The translations under genes were made by a program, and so were the position numbers. The notes under the pieces were generated by a model. The model had not been told where the DNA came from, did not search any database, and was given only the letters and a program-made list of their open reading frames with translations. Positions 1 to 11,120 of a stretch of DNA of 64,000 nt are shown one piece after another (position 1 is the first letter of the stretch; each line of letters starts with the position of its first letter). Source of the stretch: Flectonema sp. DT1601 (Eukaryota); assembly GCA_964019425.1 (NCBI GenBank), contig OZ025782.1, forward strand, positions 1,550,001 to 1,614,000. Direction: 5' to 3'.

Positions 1-764
1 TTCTGCCTCGACTGCCATGTTTTGGTTTTTACTATAAAAAAACTGAATGGGGAAAAAAAAAAAAAAAAAAAACATAAATAATCACAGTGCAGATCACAAA
101 ACATAAGACACTATGAATTATCACTCAACTGTGAAACAAGAAACGTTAATAAATAAAAGATACCATCCCGACACAACTAGTATAGAAGAACAGAAAAAAA
201 ATGGGGGAAGAAAAAAAAAAAAAAAGAATATAATATCACAACAGCTAAATCTAAAGGGGGAGATAATCAGTTGATCACGTAAAAAAAGGAGAGGGGGGAA
301 AAAATACAACCTGTTATGGATACAGTGCACTATGGCGATGCCTAGCCTTAACTTAGCCTTTTGAAGCAACTTATTAAGTTTTCGAGAATAATCCATAAAT
401 CTAAAAGGGGAAAAGGGAGAAAGCACTTGATAAAACAACCACTTTCTCACTAAACTATGGCACTGCATGGCGGAGCTTTATCTTCCTTGCATCATTTAAA
501 AAAAAATAAAAAAAAAAATAAAAAATGAAAAACTTAAACTCACATAGAGAGAAGGGTCACAACACAACTTCAACAATTGTTGGAATTTTTTTATCTTTTT
601 TTTTTAAATTTTTTTTTTTTCCCTTTCTCCACTCTCGTCTTATTAAGTGCTTCTCTAATTGGAATACGAAGGGGAGACCAGGGATGAACAGGTGGAGAAG
701 AATACAGACGAATGGTATAAAATACGAAACTATAAAGTTGCCACGCTGGTGGTAATCTACTCAG

Positions 765-3500
765 CTACTGTCTTGCAAAAGATGATCTGATATTATTAGT
801 TGAGTAAACTGTTTCTATCGGCTGTATAGTTGAGCGAGTCTTTCGTGCAACAGGTGTAGTCGTTCTGAGAGGCTTTGCCTCATCCTCTACTCGAAATGAA
901 CGAGTTTTTGTTGTTATCGGAGGTGCCCAAGGTTGGGGCTTCATTGCTGATCTAGTACGTCGGTTGTCACCGCCTTCAGACTGTAATGCCTTTTTAGACA
1001 GCCGAGGTACGTGTGGCTTTCGCATACGGGCGGGGTCAAAGTTCAGAGACCTGGGAGAAGTAGCTTGGAGGTTAACAGGTTTCTTTATAACACCAGTACT
1101 ACTTCTCCCCCGACCAACTGCAACTCGACCTCGACCACTAACAGGGCTGGTTGCCGTCGGCTGTGGGACGCATAATCTCGGATTTGGTACCGGACTTGGT
1201 GAAGAGTCAACTGATCGCGGGGTAGGTAGTGGACTGGGACTCCTTTCTTCTACAGCATTCATCCTGTCAGCGACAGGTCCCACGAGAGACATGTTAAGTG
1301 GAAGTAGTTCAGTATTGGTCATTAAACTATCATCACGAGATACTTCAATAGTTGATCCAACTTTAACTGGATTCATAATTGGACTCATACTAACTCTTGT
1401 CGGTGATTTGAATTCTGACAATGGACTGACTTGACTCGGAGTCGATAGCGGTGCTGGAGATCCATCGCTTGGAACTCTGACAGTGGAGTCAGTCAGATTG
1501 TGATATTCAGGAATTGGAAGTCTTGCTGCTTCAACAGTTGTTGTAGTTGTTGGTAATCTTGTTTGTAACTCACGTGCGATAGTTTCACTGATATCTTGAA
1601 CAGTAGTAGAGTTCAGTGTGTTGGGTAAGGTCGCAGGTGCTGTTTGATTTCGCAATCGAACTTCATATTCCGAAACAAACTGAACATCACTTTCACCAGA
1701 CTTTGTACCTAACGGCCGAGTATCTTCACTAACAGCCTTCACAGGAACTGGTAAGTCTCTCGGTAAAGGAGCAATAGAAACTTTCACAGGCGACGGTACT
1801 TTTTTCGGTGATATTCTCTCTGATTCTTTAGCAAGTTGACGACTTGGATGAGGTGGAGATACGAGTTCCGAATCATTCCCGAGATTTAAGTATGCCACAG
1901 TTGACTGAGGAACTGGCTGAGGAGGAGGAATTCCTGCTAACTGACCTGTAGCACGCATACGACCTATTGTTTTATCATAAGGCTGAGATAATATTGATTG
2001 GGTTGACTCAAAGGCAGGGGATCTGATTGCCGTATCTGACTGCTCACACGAGTCATCACTACCGACTGTCCATAAAGCTTTAGAAATAGTACTTTGTGTT
2101 TGTGGTATTCTAGACAATCCTGCTTCACAGCTTTCTATAATTTGAGGTTTCTTTCCCTCCAATAGCTCTGCCGCTTGTTTCATAGCTACTGGATCGGGTG
2201 AGATGAGAGCAGCTGCCGAATGTGTTATTTTAATTGGAGTTGTTGTTGTGTTGGCAACACCTCCGACAACAGATTGCTGTTGGTGTTCATAACTATTTCC
2301 TTCACCAGCTATGTCTTCAGGGCTAAGTTGAAAATTAGATGATCCTGGAGACCGCGCTTCAGATAACACTTTTCCATATAAAGAACCAGCTCCCGGTTGT
2401 GAGAACGATGGAACTTTTGGAAGTGGAGGTGACGCACCTCTCAGTTGCATCATCGAATCAACGTAAGCTGCAGAAGGAACTTCAATCCCGCGAACATCTT
2501 GATGAGATGTTTTCAGAACTGGTGATATGATTTCATTCATAGTTGTTGGAGGTGGAGATTGAACATAATTATAACTTCCCTGACCAGGTTGGATCTCATG
2601 ACTTCCGTTAGATACATCAGCTGCTACCTGTTGAATTGATTGATGAATACTTTTATATTCACCAACTACATGTGAAGGTAACTCTTCATGATGAAGAACT
2701 GAAGCAGGTCTGGCAGTTGGGATGTTAGTAGTGAACAGTGACTGAACAGGAGAAGGAAGTGAACTCGGATTTGGTAAATTACATTCATCAGCTGTGAGAG
2801 AATTACTTTCAGATTCCTGAACTAGTCCCACAGATTGCTGTTGAGGTGATGTCATATTTTCAAGAGCAGCAGAGTACGACGTCGGGTATGTCGACTGCTG
2901 ATCTTTACGAAGACGAGCCAACGCAGCTTCGTAAGTTGCGGAAATACTATTCGACAGATCAGGAGTTGAATTACTTCCTATTTGAGTACCAGTTATATTT
3001 ATTGGATTGACGTTCTGAACTAATTTCATTCTTTCCATCAACGACATCGTAACCGGAGCTGTTGGATCCCTCTGTCTGGAAGTAGAAACTCTACTTAGTA
3101 ACGCTTCTGCTTCTTGTCTCGCAATCTTAGCCGCCTCTAGTGTGGTGTTTAAATTATTTTCTGTTGCCGTTGCAGCCGATTCAAGCCGCGCGGTTTCTTC
3201 TTTTCTCGCAAAGTTTTCTTCAGGACTTTTCAATAATGCCCAGACTTTATCGTTAACGGCACCCACAGTCCTCGTTGGTGTACTGATGGGTGCAGCAACT
3301 GGTATAGAGCTTACATAAGAACTGATTGCTGGTGTTGTTGTTATTGGTACAGATGTTGGTACTGCCGTGGGTACAGTTGTGGGTACAGTTGTTGTAGATA
3401 TCGTTGACGGACCTTTTCCCATGCAGGCCTGCAACCATCTTCCGTAAACATCGTCGTACGACCCGCTACTTGATGGCTGTCTTTCGTCTGTCGACTGCAT
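765..3500 (-). CDS. Uncharacterised Ser/Pro/Thr-rich, largely disordered protein (911 aa)
   Basis: Long uninterrupted ORF in sequence more GC-rich than its AT-rich flanks; TAG ~13 nt upstream of the ATG; no recognisable domain. Confidence 0.8.
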   Translation of the reverse strand: MQSTDERQPSSSGSYDDVYGRWLQACMGKGPSTISTTTVPTTVPTAVPTSVPITTTPAISSYVSSIPVAAPISTPTRTVGAVNDKVWALLKSPEENFARKEETARLESAATATENNLNTTLEAAKIARQEAEALLSRVSTSRQRDPTAPVTMSLMERMKLVQNVNPINITGTQIGSNSTPDLSNSISATYEAALARLRKDQQSTYPTSYSAALENMTSPQQQSVGLVQESESNSLTADECNLPNPSSLPSPVQSLFTTNIPTARPASVLHHEELPSHVVGEYKSIHQSIQQVAADVSNGSHEIQPGQGSYNYVQSPPPTTMNEIISPVLKTSHQDVRGIEVPSAAYVDSMMQLRGASPPLPKVPSFSQPGAGSLYGKVLSEARSPGSSNFQLSPEDIAGEGNSYEHQQQSVVGGVANTTTTPIKITHSAAALISPDPVAMKQAAELLEGKKPQIIESCEAGLSRIPQTQSTISKALWTVGSDDSCEQSDTAIRSPAFESTQSILSQPYDKTIGRMRATGQLAGIPPPQPVPQSTVAYLNLGNDSELVSPPHPSRQLAKESERISPKKVPSPVKVSIAPLPRDLPVPVKAVSEDTRPLGTKSGESDVQFVSEYEVRLRNQTAPATLPNTLNSTTVQDISETIARELQTRLPTTTTTVEAARLPIPEYHNLTDSTVRVPSDGSPAPLSTPSQVSPLSEFKSPTRVSMSPIMNPVKVGSTIEVSRDDSLMTNTELLPLNMSLVGPVADRMNAVEERSPSPLPTPRSVDSSPSPVPNPRLCVPQPTATSPVSGRGRVAVGRGRSSTGVIKKPVNLQATSPRSLNFDPARMRKPHVPRLSKKALQSEGGDNRRTRSAMKPQPWAPPITTKTRSFRVEDEAKPLRTTTPVARKTRSTIQPIETVYSTNNIRSSFARQ

Positions 3501-3803
3501 GTGTGACAGACACCTATTAGGGGGATTAAATAAAACTAATCATCAAATACTTATTTGAATAACTTCTCAAGGTTTTCATCACATTCAGTGAATTGTTTCC
3601 TCACTTGTGAAATTCCGTCTTCGAGTAAAAAGCTGCCCCACCGCCTGGATAAAAGAAAAAAGGAATTTTTCAAACCTGCAATCGACAACAACAACTACAA
3701 CAAATTAATTTTATGGATACAGCTACTAATTTAATACAAAATAAAAAGATAACTTTCTATTGGTTTACTTACTTACCCGATAAGGTTGCCATCAGACGGT
3801 CGG

Positions 3804-6236
3804 TCAGTAATAATCGGGTGAGTTTACGAAATCTTTTTCAACCTTCTCATCCATCAGATTAGAGAGAGTGACAGATCCTCGTAATGGTGATTGAGGACCT
3901 GATATGATACCCGTCGTTGTGATAATCGCGTTGTCAGATCTTAACATGGCAGCAGTATGAGTACGAGGAGGAGAATCCATTGAAATGCGAACCGACTTCG
4001 GAGGCTCACTCATGTGCCGTGCTAACGGTGTTTTCTCCACCTCATCCTCATCGTCATCTGGAAACGACGACAACTTATTAGTTTTCTTTACATGACCTAC
4101 ACCATGAGATGGATTAATAGGAATGTAAACACTTGGTGTGGTTTGCATTTCACGAGGAGACTCGATGTGTGGAGGAGGTACTCTTTTAGTAGTTTTGTAG
4201 ACTGAAATTGCCTTCGAATCCAATGAGTCTTTATCTTTAATTGTTACAACAAGACAATCATTATTCACAGAAGATATCATAAGAACAGTTGTATCAAGGA
4301 TCACATTGTTGTCAGATGTGACTACACCAAACTCATCACCGCTCGTAAAATTACCAAACCTGTCGATGTTAAAAGTGAATTCAGGATCAGGGAGTTTACT
4401 TTCCCAATTCCCTACAAACTTTAAAGAAATATCATCACTAGTACATGATAACTCTATCTCTCTAGTCTTAGGAGATAGTATCGATAACGGTGTTTGAATA
4501 ACAGTAATCTGTTGGGTCTGTTTGGTATCATCTTCTTGTCTTCTTTCGTCCGTTTGAATTTCTACATCAGCAACTTCAATAAAGTCATCAGTCGGTATGG
4601 ATATCTTAGTGGAGGATCCTTTCTTAACTGGTTGCCTCACTTCTGTAGTCGTCCCTTCTGGTAAGTGGGAAGCCAAGGTGGGAATTGCTCTCACCTGAGA
4701 TGTCTGTTTAGATTCACTTCGGGGAAGTACCTGTCGAGGTGATCGGTTCGGTTGTTCTGTTGGAGGGCTGATGGACCGATGCTGTCGTGCACTTGGTTGA
4801 CGAACTGGAATTCGTACTTCCGATGCTACCGGTGAGGTTGTTGGATTATTAGATACTGATTGTAGCTCTAAGGGTTGGAGGACGATTTCGGTAACTGGTT
4901 TCTGATTCTGCAACGGACCTGCATATTGGAATTCCCCAGTTGGCGAATTGCTTGTTCTCTGACGGGGTAATTGTCGCCTCACACCTTGTAGCCCCACAGT
5001 TGGCGGAGAAACACTTACCGAACGCGGCTTCTGCAAAACTGATGATTGTTGTTGCCGCACACTTTGTAGCCCCACAGTTGGTGGAGAAATACTTATCGAA
5101 CGCGGCTGTAGAGCTGCTGGTTGTTGTGGCCTCACACTTTGTAGCCCCACAGTTGGTGGAGAAATACTTATCGAACGCGGCTGTAGAGCTGCTGGTTGTT
5201 GTGGCCTCAGACTCTGCAGCTGCTCTTGTTGCCGTTCAATTAATCCACGCGGGGATACGACTGGTGATCGGGTTTCTGTAAACTGAAACAACTGCTGCTG
5301 TCTAACTTCAGCAACATATCCTTTTGGTAATCCACTTCTTATAAAAATATCGAAGTACATCCGACGTATGTCATCAGTCAGTTCGGCCCGAGAGCCCCAA
5401 TGAGCGGCGGAATTATACTCCAGTAGGCAGCACCAGAAGAAGGAAATAAGACCACAGGTACCAACAGATACACCTCTCGCCATGTTGAGATAACGAAATG
5501 GCAGATACAGCGTTGCGCAGTACGCGAAGATAAAAAAACGAGCGATTATCGTGTGAGGAAATGACCTTTCGCGGTGACAGGCTGCAACTAAACTACAACT
5601 CTGACGAAGATCAGCAAACATCGTAACGTTAGAAGAAGTTCGATTAGCTGCAGTTGATGATATTCTGAACTCCAGAAGACCAATCAGCGCTGATACTTTA
5701 CTTTGTGATGTTCCAAACCAGTCTACATCCTGTTGTAGGGATTCTGGAAGTTGTAATGAAGAGAATCCCGACTTAGAATCGATTAATAAATTATTAAGCA
5801 AACATTCAATTACTGTCCTGGAGTACATCTCACAAGTAATTACAGAAGTGACTCGGTGAGATACAAGTTGAGAGTGATAATATATTTCTTCACAAATTCC
5901 CATCACTTTGATTGCTGCTTCGCGTAACCTCCGAACTCGATCACCATCTCTCAAACTTTTGAGTATCAAGACGCCAACCAATGGAATAGAAACAATAATC
6001 CACGGGATAGGAGTTACAGCTAAGGAAACACTATTGTCAGCTAGCAATAACCCCAGGGCTCCCAACGCCGCAGCAACCGACAGGAAGAATGACCTGTACC
6101 CACACTGAAGATATCGATGCTGGTATTTCATAGCTCTCCTACTACATAGTGGTTGGTCTGATGAAGGGAAATTGTTGTTTAGAATCCGACTGTAATACAC
6201 AAACTGAAATGCTAACCCAATCCCAAAACACGACAT
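3804..6236 (-). CDS. Membrane protein: divergent bestrophin-like (YneE/UPF0187-type) N-terminal region plus long low-complexity C-terminal tail
   Basis: 810-aa ORF. Two pairs of hydrophobic helices (FFLSVAAALGALGLLL / IPWIIVSIPLVGVLIL, then RFFIFAYCATLYLP / GLISFFWCCLLE) separated by a soluble helical region; DRVRRLREA and RSFPHTIIARF resemble bestrophin-family motifs by eye. Confidence 0.6.
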   Translation of the reverse strand: MSCFGIGLAFQFVYYSRILNNNFPSSDQPLCSRRAMKYQHRYLQCGYRSFFLSVAAALGALGLLLADNSVSLAVTPIPWIIVSIPLVGVLILKSLRDGDRVRRLREAAIKVMGICEEIYYHSQLVSHRVTSVITCEMYSRTVIECLLNNLLIDSKSGFSSLQLPESLQQDVDWFGTSQSKVSALIGLLEFRISSTAANRTSSNVTMFADLRQSCSLVAACHRERSFPHTIIARFFIFAYCATLYLPFRYLNMARGVSVGTCGLISFFWCCLLEYNSAAHWGSRAELTDDIRRMYFDIFIRSGLPKGYVAEVRQQQLFQFTETRSPVVSPRGLIERQQEQLQSLRPQQPAALQPRSISISPPTVGLQSVRPQQPAALQPRSISISPPTVGLQSVRQQQSSVLQKPRSVSVSPPTVGLQGVRRQLPRQRTSNSPTGEFQYAGPLQNQKPVTEIVLQPLELQSVSNNPTTSPVASEVRIPVRQPSARQHRSISPPTEQPNRSPRQVLPRSESKQTSQVRAIPTLASHLPEGTTTEVRQPVKKGSSTKISIPTDDFIEVADVEIQTDERRQEDDTKQTQQITVIQTPLSILSPKTREIELSCTSDDISLKFVGNWESKLPDPEFTFNIDRFGNFTSGDEFGVVTSDNNVILDTTVLMISSVNNDCLVVTIKDKDSLDSKAISVYKTTKRVPPPHIESPREMQTTPSVYIPINPSHGVGHVKKTNKLSSFPDDDEDEVEKTPLARHMSEPPKSVRISMDSPPRTHTAAMLRSDNAIITTTGIISGPQSPLRGSVTLSNLMDEKVEKDFVNSPDYY
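4985..5215 (-). repeat. Coding tandem repeat, ~3 x 75-78 bp (RPQQPAALQPRSISISPPTVGLQSV)
   Basis: The motif gtagccccacagttgg recurs at ~4988, 5066 and 5141. Confidence 0.9.
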
Positions 6237-7010
6237 CTAAAAACCTGTGAAATTAATTCATAATTCGCTACTACAGTCAACAACATAACAAATCAATATA
6301 TGGTAAATGTGGAATAAATTAGCGAACAAGCAGCGGAGGGAAAGTCTGCCTGAGAATGCAAGTGGCATTTTGTTTAATTGATGGCGGAAGGTGTACAACA
6401 AAGAGAACAGAAAAATAATATTTTTTTTTTTTTTGGAGAGTAATGTTTATTAAGAAATCTGTTACTAATTGAAATGCACCAAATTATCTCGAAAAAAAAA
6501 AAAAAATGAAAATGAAAATAAATAATAAGGAAACTGGAAAAACAGGGGGTGCGGGAAATAACGAAACTGTAAAACACAAAAAGTGAAATCCAAACAAAAA
6601 CGGAATTACATTTTCAGATTCCGTTGGAAGGTTTTCAATTGATGTGGTTACTTATTCTTTTTATGTAACTGATACTATGACAAAAAGAGCAGCCCAACTC
6701 CACGTTCTTCATTTCTTAATAAGGATTGTTTATTAAAACTAAAATTAAAATAAAATAAAATAAAAGGAGGAGAAACTTTTGTTTGTTTTTGTCGCCGTAA
6801 TTATCTTTAGCTAAAAAAAACAAAAAAAAGAAACGGCCACACAACTTTGTATATAAATCCATAAAAAACATAAAAAAAATAAAATAAATTAAAAAAGATT
6901 TTAGTGTACCCATTGGGAACGGGGTATAAAACAATAATACAAAATAACCAAATTACGAAAGCTCAAGAGTGAAAACTCTTGTTTGAGAGTACGAAATGAA
7001 AACAGGTATT

Positions 7011-10000
7011 CTATCGAGAGCTCATTGATGATAATGACTTTCTAGCTCTTCGCTTTTCGACTGCCTCAGTAGTTGGATTGGGTTTTGATTGTCTTCTAGC
7101 AGCCTTACTTGATCCCATAATGCGACGTAGTTCTTCCTGACATTTCTTATTTAGAGTTAACGATGAAATAGGAAGAAGAGCTGTACATACTCCTTCACGA
7201 TCACCTTCACCTAACTCAATTGCAGCCTGAAGAGGACAACGACCAGAATTGTCTTGTTGATCTATTGGGGATCCAGAATCAATAAGTGTTTCAACCATCA
7301 CTACTCTACCTGCCATAGCAGCTCTGTGAAGTGGTGTTCTTCCGTTACTATCTGTGCTGTGAAGCCATTCAGTTGCAGCTCTCGTTGCTAGTCTTTTGTA
7401 GACTTGATTTCCTTTTCCCTTTTGAAATATTTCAACAGATGAGCACTTTTCAAGGCAGGTTTTCCCGTCGAATAAATGATCAAGAGAGATCCCCTGCGAT
7501 ATCAGAACACTCATCATATTTATATTCGACAGGTCTGCAGCAATATGAAGAGCGTTTCTTCCATTTGAATCCACAACATTAATATCACATCTCAGAGAAA
7601 GTGTTCTTGAGGTTGCTACGAAACCTTTATCAACCGACTTTAGTAGTGCAGTTCTCTTTAAGTCATTCTCATCAGGTAAATCAATTGTGTCATCAGTAGC
7701 AAGTGTATCCAATACTTTGAGAGCTTCATCATCGCGTTGAAATGCCTCAGATATCGCTGCTATGTGAAGTGGTGTTCGACAGAGTCTATCAGTCTTTAAA
7801 CAACTAACACCACATCCTATAAGTACTCTTGATATCTTCCAGTGACCATATATAACGCTGATGTGTAAAGGGGTTTGTCCAGATGCATCACAACTTGATA
7901 TCAAGTCCATCGGGTCTTCACCTTTATGATACCACATAACCTTCTCACAAGGTGTAGCCATTGTCTTTATACAAAATAATCCCTCATCACTGCATTCAAA
8001 GGATTGTAAGGCGCAAGCGAGATGTAAAGAGGAACTTTCGTATATTTTTAAAAGTGATTTGTCGTAGGCATCGCAAGCTCCAGATTTTAGAGTTTGGTAT
8101 GCTTCAGAACAGTTTTCTTCACCAATCGCAGTAAATAGTTTTATAGCAGGAATCATTTCAGGAGGTAGCTCTCTACTAGTAGGAATCCTATCGAGCTGTG
8201 ATGGAACGATTGATGCGTTGCGTTGACGAGCAACACAACTGACTTCATCATTACAAAGAACTGATAAAATTGGATTATTTAGTAATCTTTCATGTAGACA
8301 ATGAGAACTATTTTGAAGACCTCCTCTCAAAATCTTCTCCGCAACAGCTGGATCTAATTTATTACGATTGTTCAATTGCCTGATTCCGATGGTCAATTCA
8401 CAACTCGGACCTTCTACAATCTGTTTTAAAATATTCGATGCCTTTCCCATCTCTGCTATACTTTCTTTTTTAAAAACGGATGTTACTTGCTGAAGACCAG
8501 ACATAGCATTTAATTGTTGTGCCATACAATTGGATGCGTAGACAACCAGACCAGCGGAGGCTTCTTTGCTGCTGTCGATGGAAAATATTGAAAATGGAGG
8601 AAGGAGAACTTCTTCCTCTCCAGGGTATAAAGATACATCAGAAAGGGTAATCATGTCGTAGGCAGAATGAATGACGTGACATATGCCATCTCCAGTACAT
8701 TCAGCAAAAGTACGAAGTACGTTATCATTTCTTGATGTTGATAAGGGAAAGGGCCATCCAATTAGACGTTCACCTCTTTTGTATTCATCAACTAGTCCTA
8801 AAGACACACCTGTACTACAATGAGTCAGCTTGTTTGACATTGTCGTTCCTGTTGTGTCTATTGCTGCTAGTAATCCTCCCAATACTTTTACCCATTTTAA
8901 CATACTTTCTTGTACCTGTTCACTTGCTTCAGTGTCACCGTCTTCTAGGTTTGCCATTATATGAAGACTTCTTTCGATTACTTCTCTGATGCTCGGGTTT
9001 CTTGTGCCGCCAACCTTTTGTTGATAGGCTTCCCATTCATTGTTACTTTTTGATGTTTGTTGTCGTGGTTGTGGTGCGTCAGAAAACCCAACCAAACGAT
9101 CGATATCTGGACCCTCACAACAATACAAGACCAGTACCAGTATCAATAACGAACTTTTAGATTTACAAAACTGTGATCTGCAGCGTTCCTTCGCTCCTTC
9201 AGCCAAGGTGTAAATATAGGCAAATTTAGCTGGAGAGTGACAGGTAAAGTTGCCATGGGGAATCTGACCAATCTCAGGTGGGAATATTAAATTTTCAGCT
9301 AACTCGTCGACTACTGACCCAGGCTTCAATCTCCAAAGTGATAAAACTGATGAAGCGAGTGTTTCCATTTGACTAATCTTCTTTAAATCAGATACAGAGA
9401 ATGGCAGTGGTGTGGTATCGTCTCGGATAGGACGACCAACACCTTGGGGCTTCTCTCTGGCTAAGTCTCTTAAAAACTTCAAGTCTTGTTCTCTAGGTAA
9501 CTGAAGCTCACCTAATCCTCTCACTACAATACTATTGTGAGGAAGGGAGAGTGAGGTTGTTAGAACTTCTAAGAACTCAATTGTTGGTAAAGCAGATCGA
9601 GACGTTCCAACCACAACATTTGTGTATCCAACTGTTTCTCTTAGTGACAGCTGATGTGTTGTAGCAATACTGTCAACCTTCGATGTTATTTTCTCATACT
9701 CTTCCTTGGCATCTAAAAAGATTTCTTCTCTTGTGGAGTCTTCTAAATCTGACATCGTTGCACAAGTAGTGGCCAGTTGTTGCTGCCACTCCTTGGCGGC
9801 TTTTATTCTGTCTGCTACTCGAAGACGGTCTCTTGATACCCGCTGGAGCATTTCATCTAATTCTTGTTGATTGTCTCCGTCGATCTCTCGACGTTTTGTT
9901 TTCTCTTCAAGTAATAAATGTCTTCTTGATAAACATTGTTTACAAATGATTGGTCCGTTAACACAGTCACAGCATTGATACAATCGACGTCTCATACCAG

Positions 10001-10400
10001 CAGCAGCAGCTCCTAACGTTTGGCAATCCTCACAGCGAAGTGCTGTGACGTCGCCTGGAGTTAATATTTTCATCGAGTGATCTTCATTTGAGAGGCAATG
10101 CGGGTGTTCTTTCTCTCGTGAAATTGAAAACAACGAAGCTCTGTTTCTTGGTGACACTCCAGAATCTCGTTTCCCCGGAGGAATAGGACTCTTTGGGCCA
10201 GGACTTCTCGGACTTCTGATAGGTGACATCACACCACTCGAATCTGTTAAACTTTTTGATAACGATCTTCTCTTTCCTGGAGGCGGTGATTTCGGAACAG
10301 TACTTCCTTCGCTAATTGAACTACGGTTATCGTTCAACTGAGCACGTCGCGGATTCCTACGCGGTGACACCCCGACATCTGGTGGGGTAGGACAGGACAT
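7011..10400 (-). CDS. Zn-finger + ADP-ribosyltransferase-like domain + ankyrin-repeat protein (1129 aa)
   Basis: Cys/His cluster (CEDC..CCDC..CKQC); ART-like WPFPLSTS and SLYPGEEEVLLPPFS motifs; ankyrin motifs GQTPLHIS, CRTPLHIA, GRNALHIAA, GRTPLHRAA. Confidence 0.85.
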   Translation of the reverse strand: MSCPTPPDVGVSPRRNPRRAQLNDNRSSISEGSTVPKSPPPGKRRSLSKSLTDSSGVMSPIRSPRSPGPKSPIPPGKRDSGVSPRNRASLFSISREKEHPHCLSNEDHSMKILTPGDVTALRCEDCQTLGAAAAGMRRRLYQCCDCVNGPIICKQCLSRRHLLLEEKTKRREIDGDNQQELDEMLQRVSRDRLRVADRIKAAKEWQQQLATTCATMSDLEDSTREEIFLDAKEEYEKITSKVDSIATTHQLSLRETVGYTNVVVGTSRSALPTIEFLEVLTTSLSLPHNSIVVRGLGELQLPREQDLKFLRDLAREKPQGVGRPIRDDTTPLPFSVSDLKKISQMETLASSVLSLWRLKPGSVVDELAENLIFPPEIGQIPHGNFTCHSPAKFAYIYTLAEGAKERCRSQFCKSKSSLLILVLVLYCCEGPDIDRLVGFSDAPQPRQQTSKSNNEWEAYQQKVGGTRNPSIREVIERSLHIMANLEDGDTEASEQVQESMLKWVKVLGGLLAAIDTTGTTMSNKLTHCSTGVSLGLVDEYKRGERLIGWPFPLSTSRNDNVLRTFAECTGDGICHVIHSAYDMITLSDVSLYPGEEEVLLPPFSIFSIDSSKEASAGLVVYASNCMAQQLNAMSGLQQVTSVFKKESIAEMGKASNILKQIVEGPSCELTIGIRQLNNRNKLDPAVAEKILRGGLQNSSHCLHERLLNNPILSVLCNDEVSCVARQRNASIVPSQLDRIPTSRELPPEMIPAIKLFTAIGEENCSEAYQTLKSGACDAYDKSLLKIYESSSLHLACALQSFECSDEGLFCIKTMATPCEKVMWYHKGEDPMDLISSCDASGQTPLHISVIYGHWKISRVLIGCGVSCLKTDRLCRTPLHIAAISEAFQRDDEALKVLDTLATDDTIDLPDENDLKRTALLKSVDKGFVATSRTLSLRCDINVVDSNGRNALHIAADLSNINMMSVLISQGISLDHLFDGKTCLEKCSSVEIFQKGKGNQVYKRLATRAATEWLHSTDSNGRTPLHRAAMAGRVVMVETLIDSGSPIDQQDNSGRCPLQAAIELGEGDREGVCTALLPISSLTLNKKCQEELRRIMGSSKAARRQSKPNPTTEAVEKRRARKSLSSMSSR

Positions 10401-11120
10401 CCTCCGTTCCTATCAAAAAAAAGAGACTCGTGAAAAAAGCGTTAAAACGTATCAAAGGAATACTCCCCTCCGCCCGTCAAACAAGTAATTTGATTGTACT
10501 GTTCTGAAACAGATATGAAAACATTAATAAATATAACACAAACAAAACAATAATTTTTTTTTTTTTTTTTGTATTAATGATAGCGACACTGTGACAAGTC
10601 ACCAAGTAGGAGGCAACGAGCAGAAGAAGAAAAAAAAAAGAAAGAAGAAAAAGAGGAAAAATAAAAATAATGGCAATAATTGACCGACTTACACTTTTAC
10701 TTTTGTTTTTTTAAACAAAACAAAAAAAAAAAAACGGTTTCTAAGTTGCGGATGGTGTGAACAGAGACACGCCGTTCAAACATAAGACTTTACAATTAAC
10801 AAACAACATTACAATGACCTTAAATATCATCAAAAAATAACAACTCGTTTATTAAAAAATGTCCTGTCTTACACTCAACTACTCATAATGAGTAATTGCA
10901 GTAACAACGAGTAGCAAAAAGAACGAGGGAAAAACCTTCCTCGCTGAATTCCATCACCATAAATAAATAGTTGTGGGTAGCTCCTTATCGATCGACTCAC
11001 TGGGAAAGTCTGTAGAGTCTAAGATCACTGTTGAAGCAGCCGTGCAAAACCTCAGGGGGGCTAAAAAGCCACGGCTAGTACATCTTCTGTCTGATATGAT
11101 ACATCATGATGTAGTATTAT

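Noticed and set aside
121..755. Short Phe/Lys-rich ORFs here and in other intergenic or satellite-B regions
   Set aside because: They are artefacts of poly(A)/poly(T) tracts.
964..1434. Antisense ORFs within host genes and within the RT ORFs
   Set aside because: They are shadows of the coding strand with no recognisable motifs.
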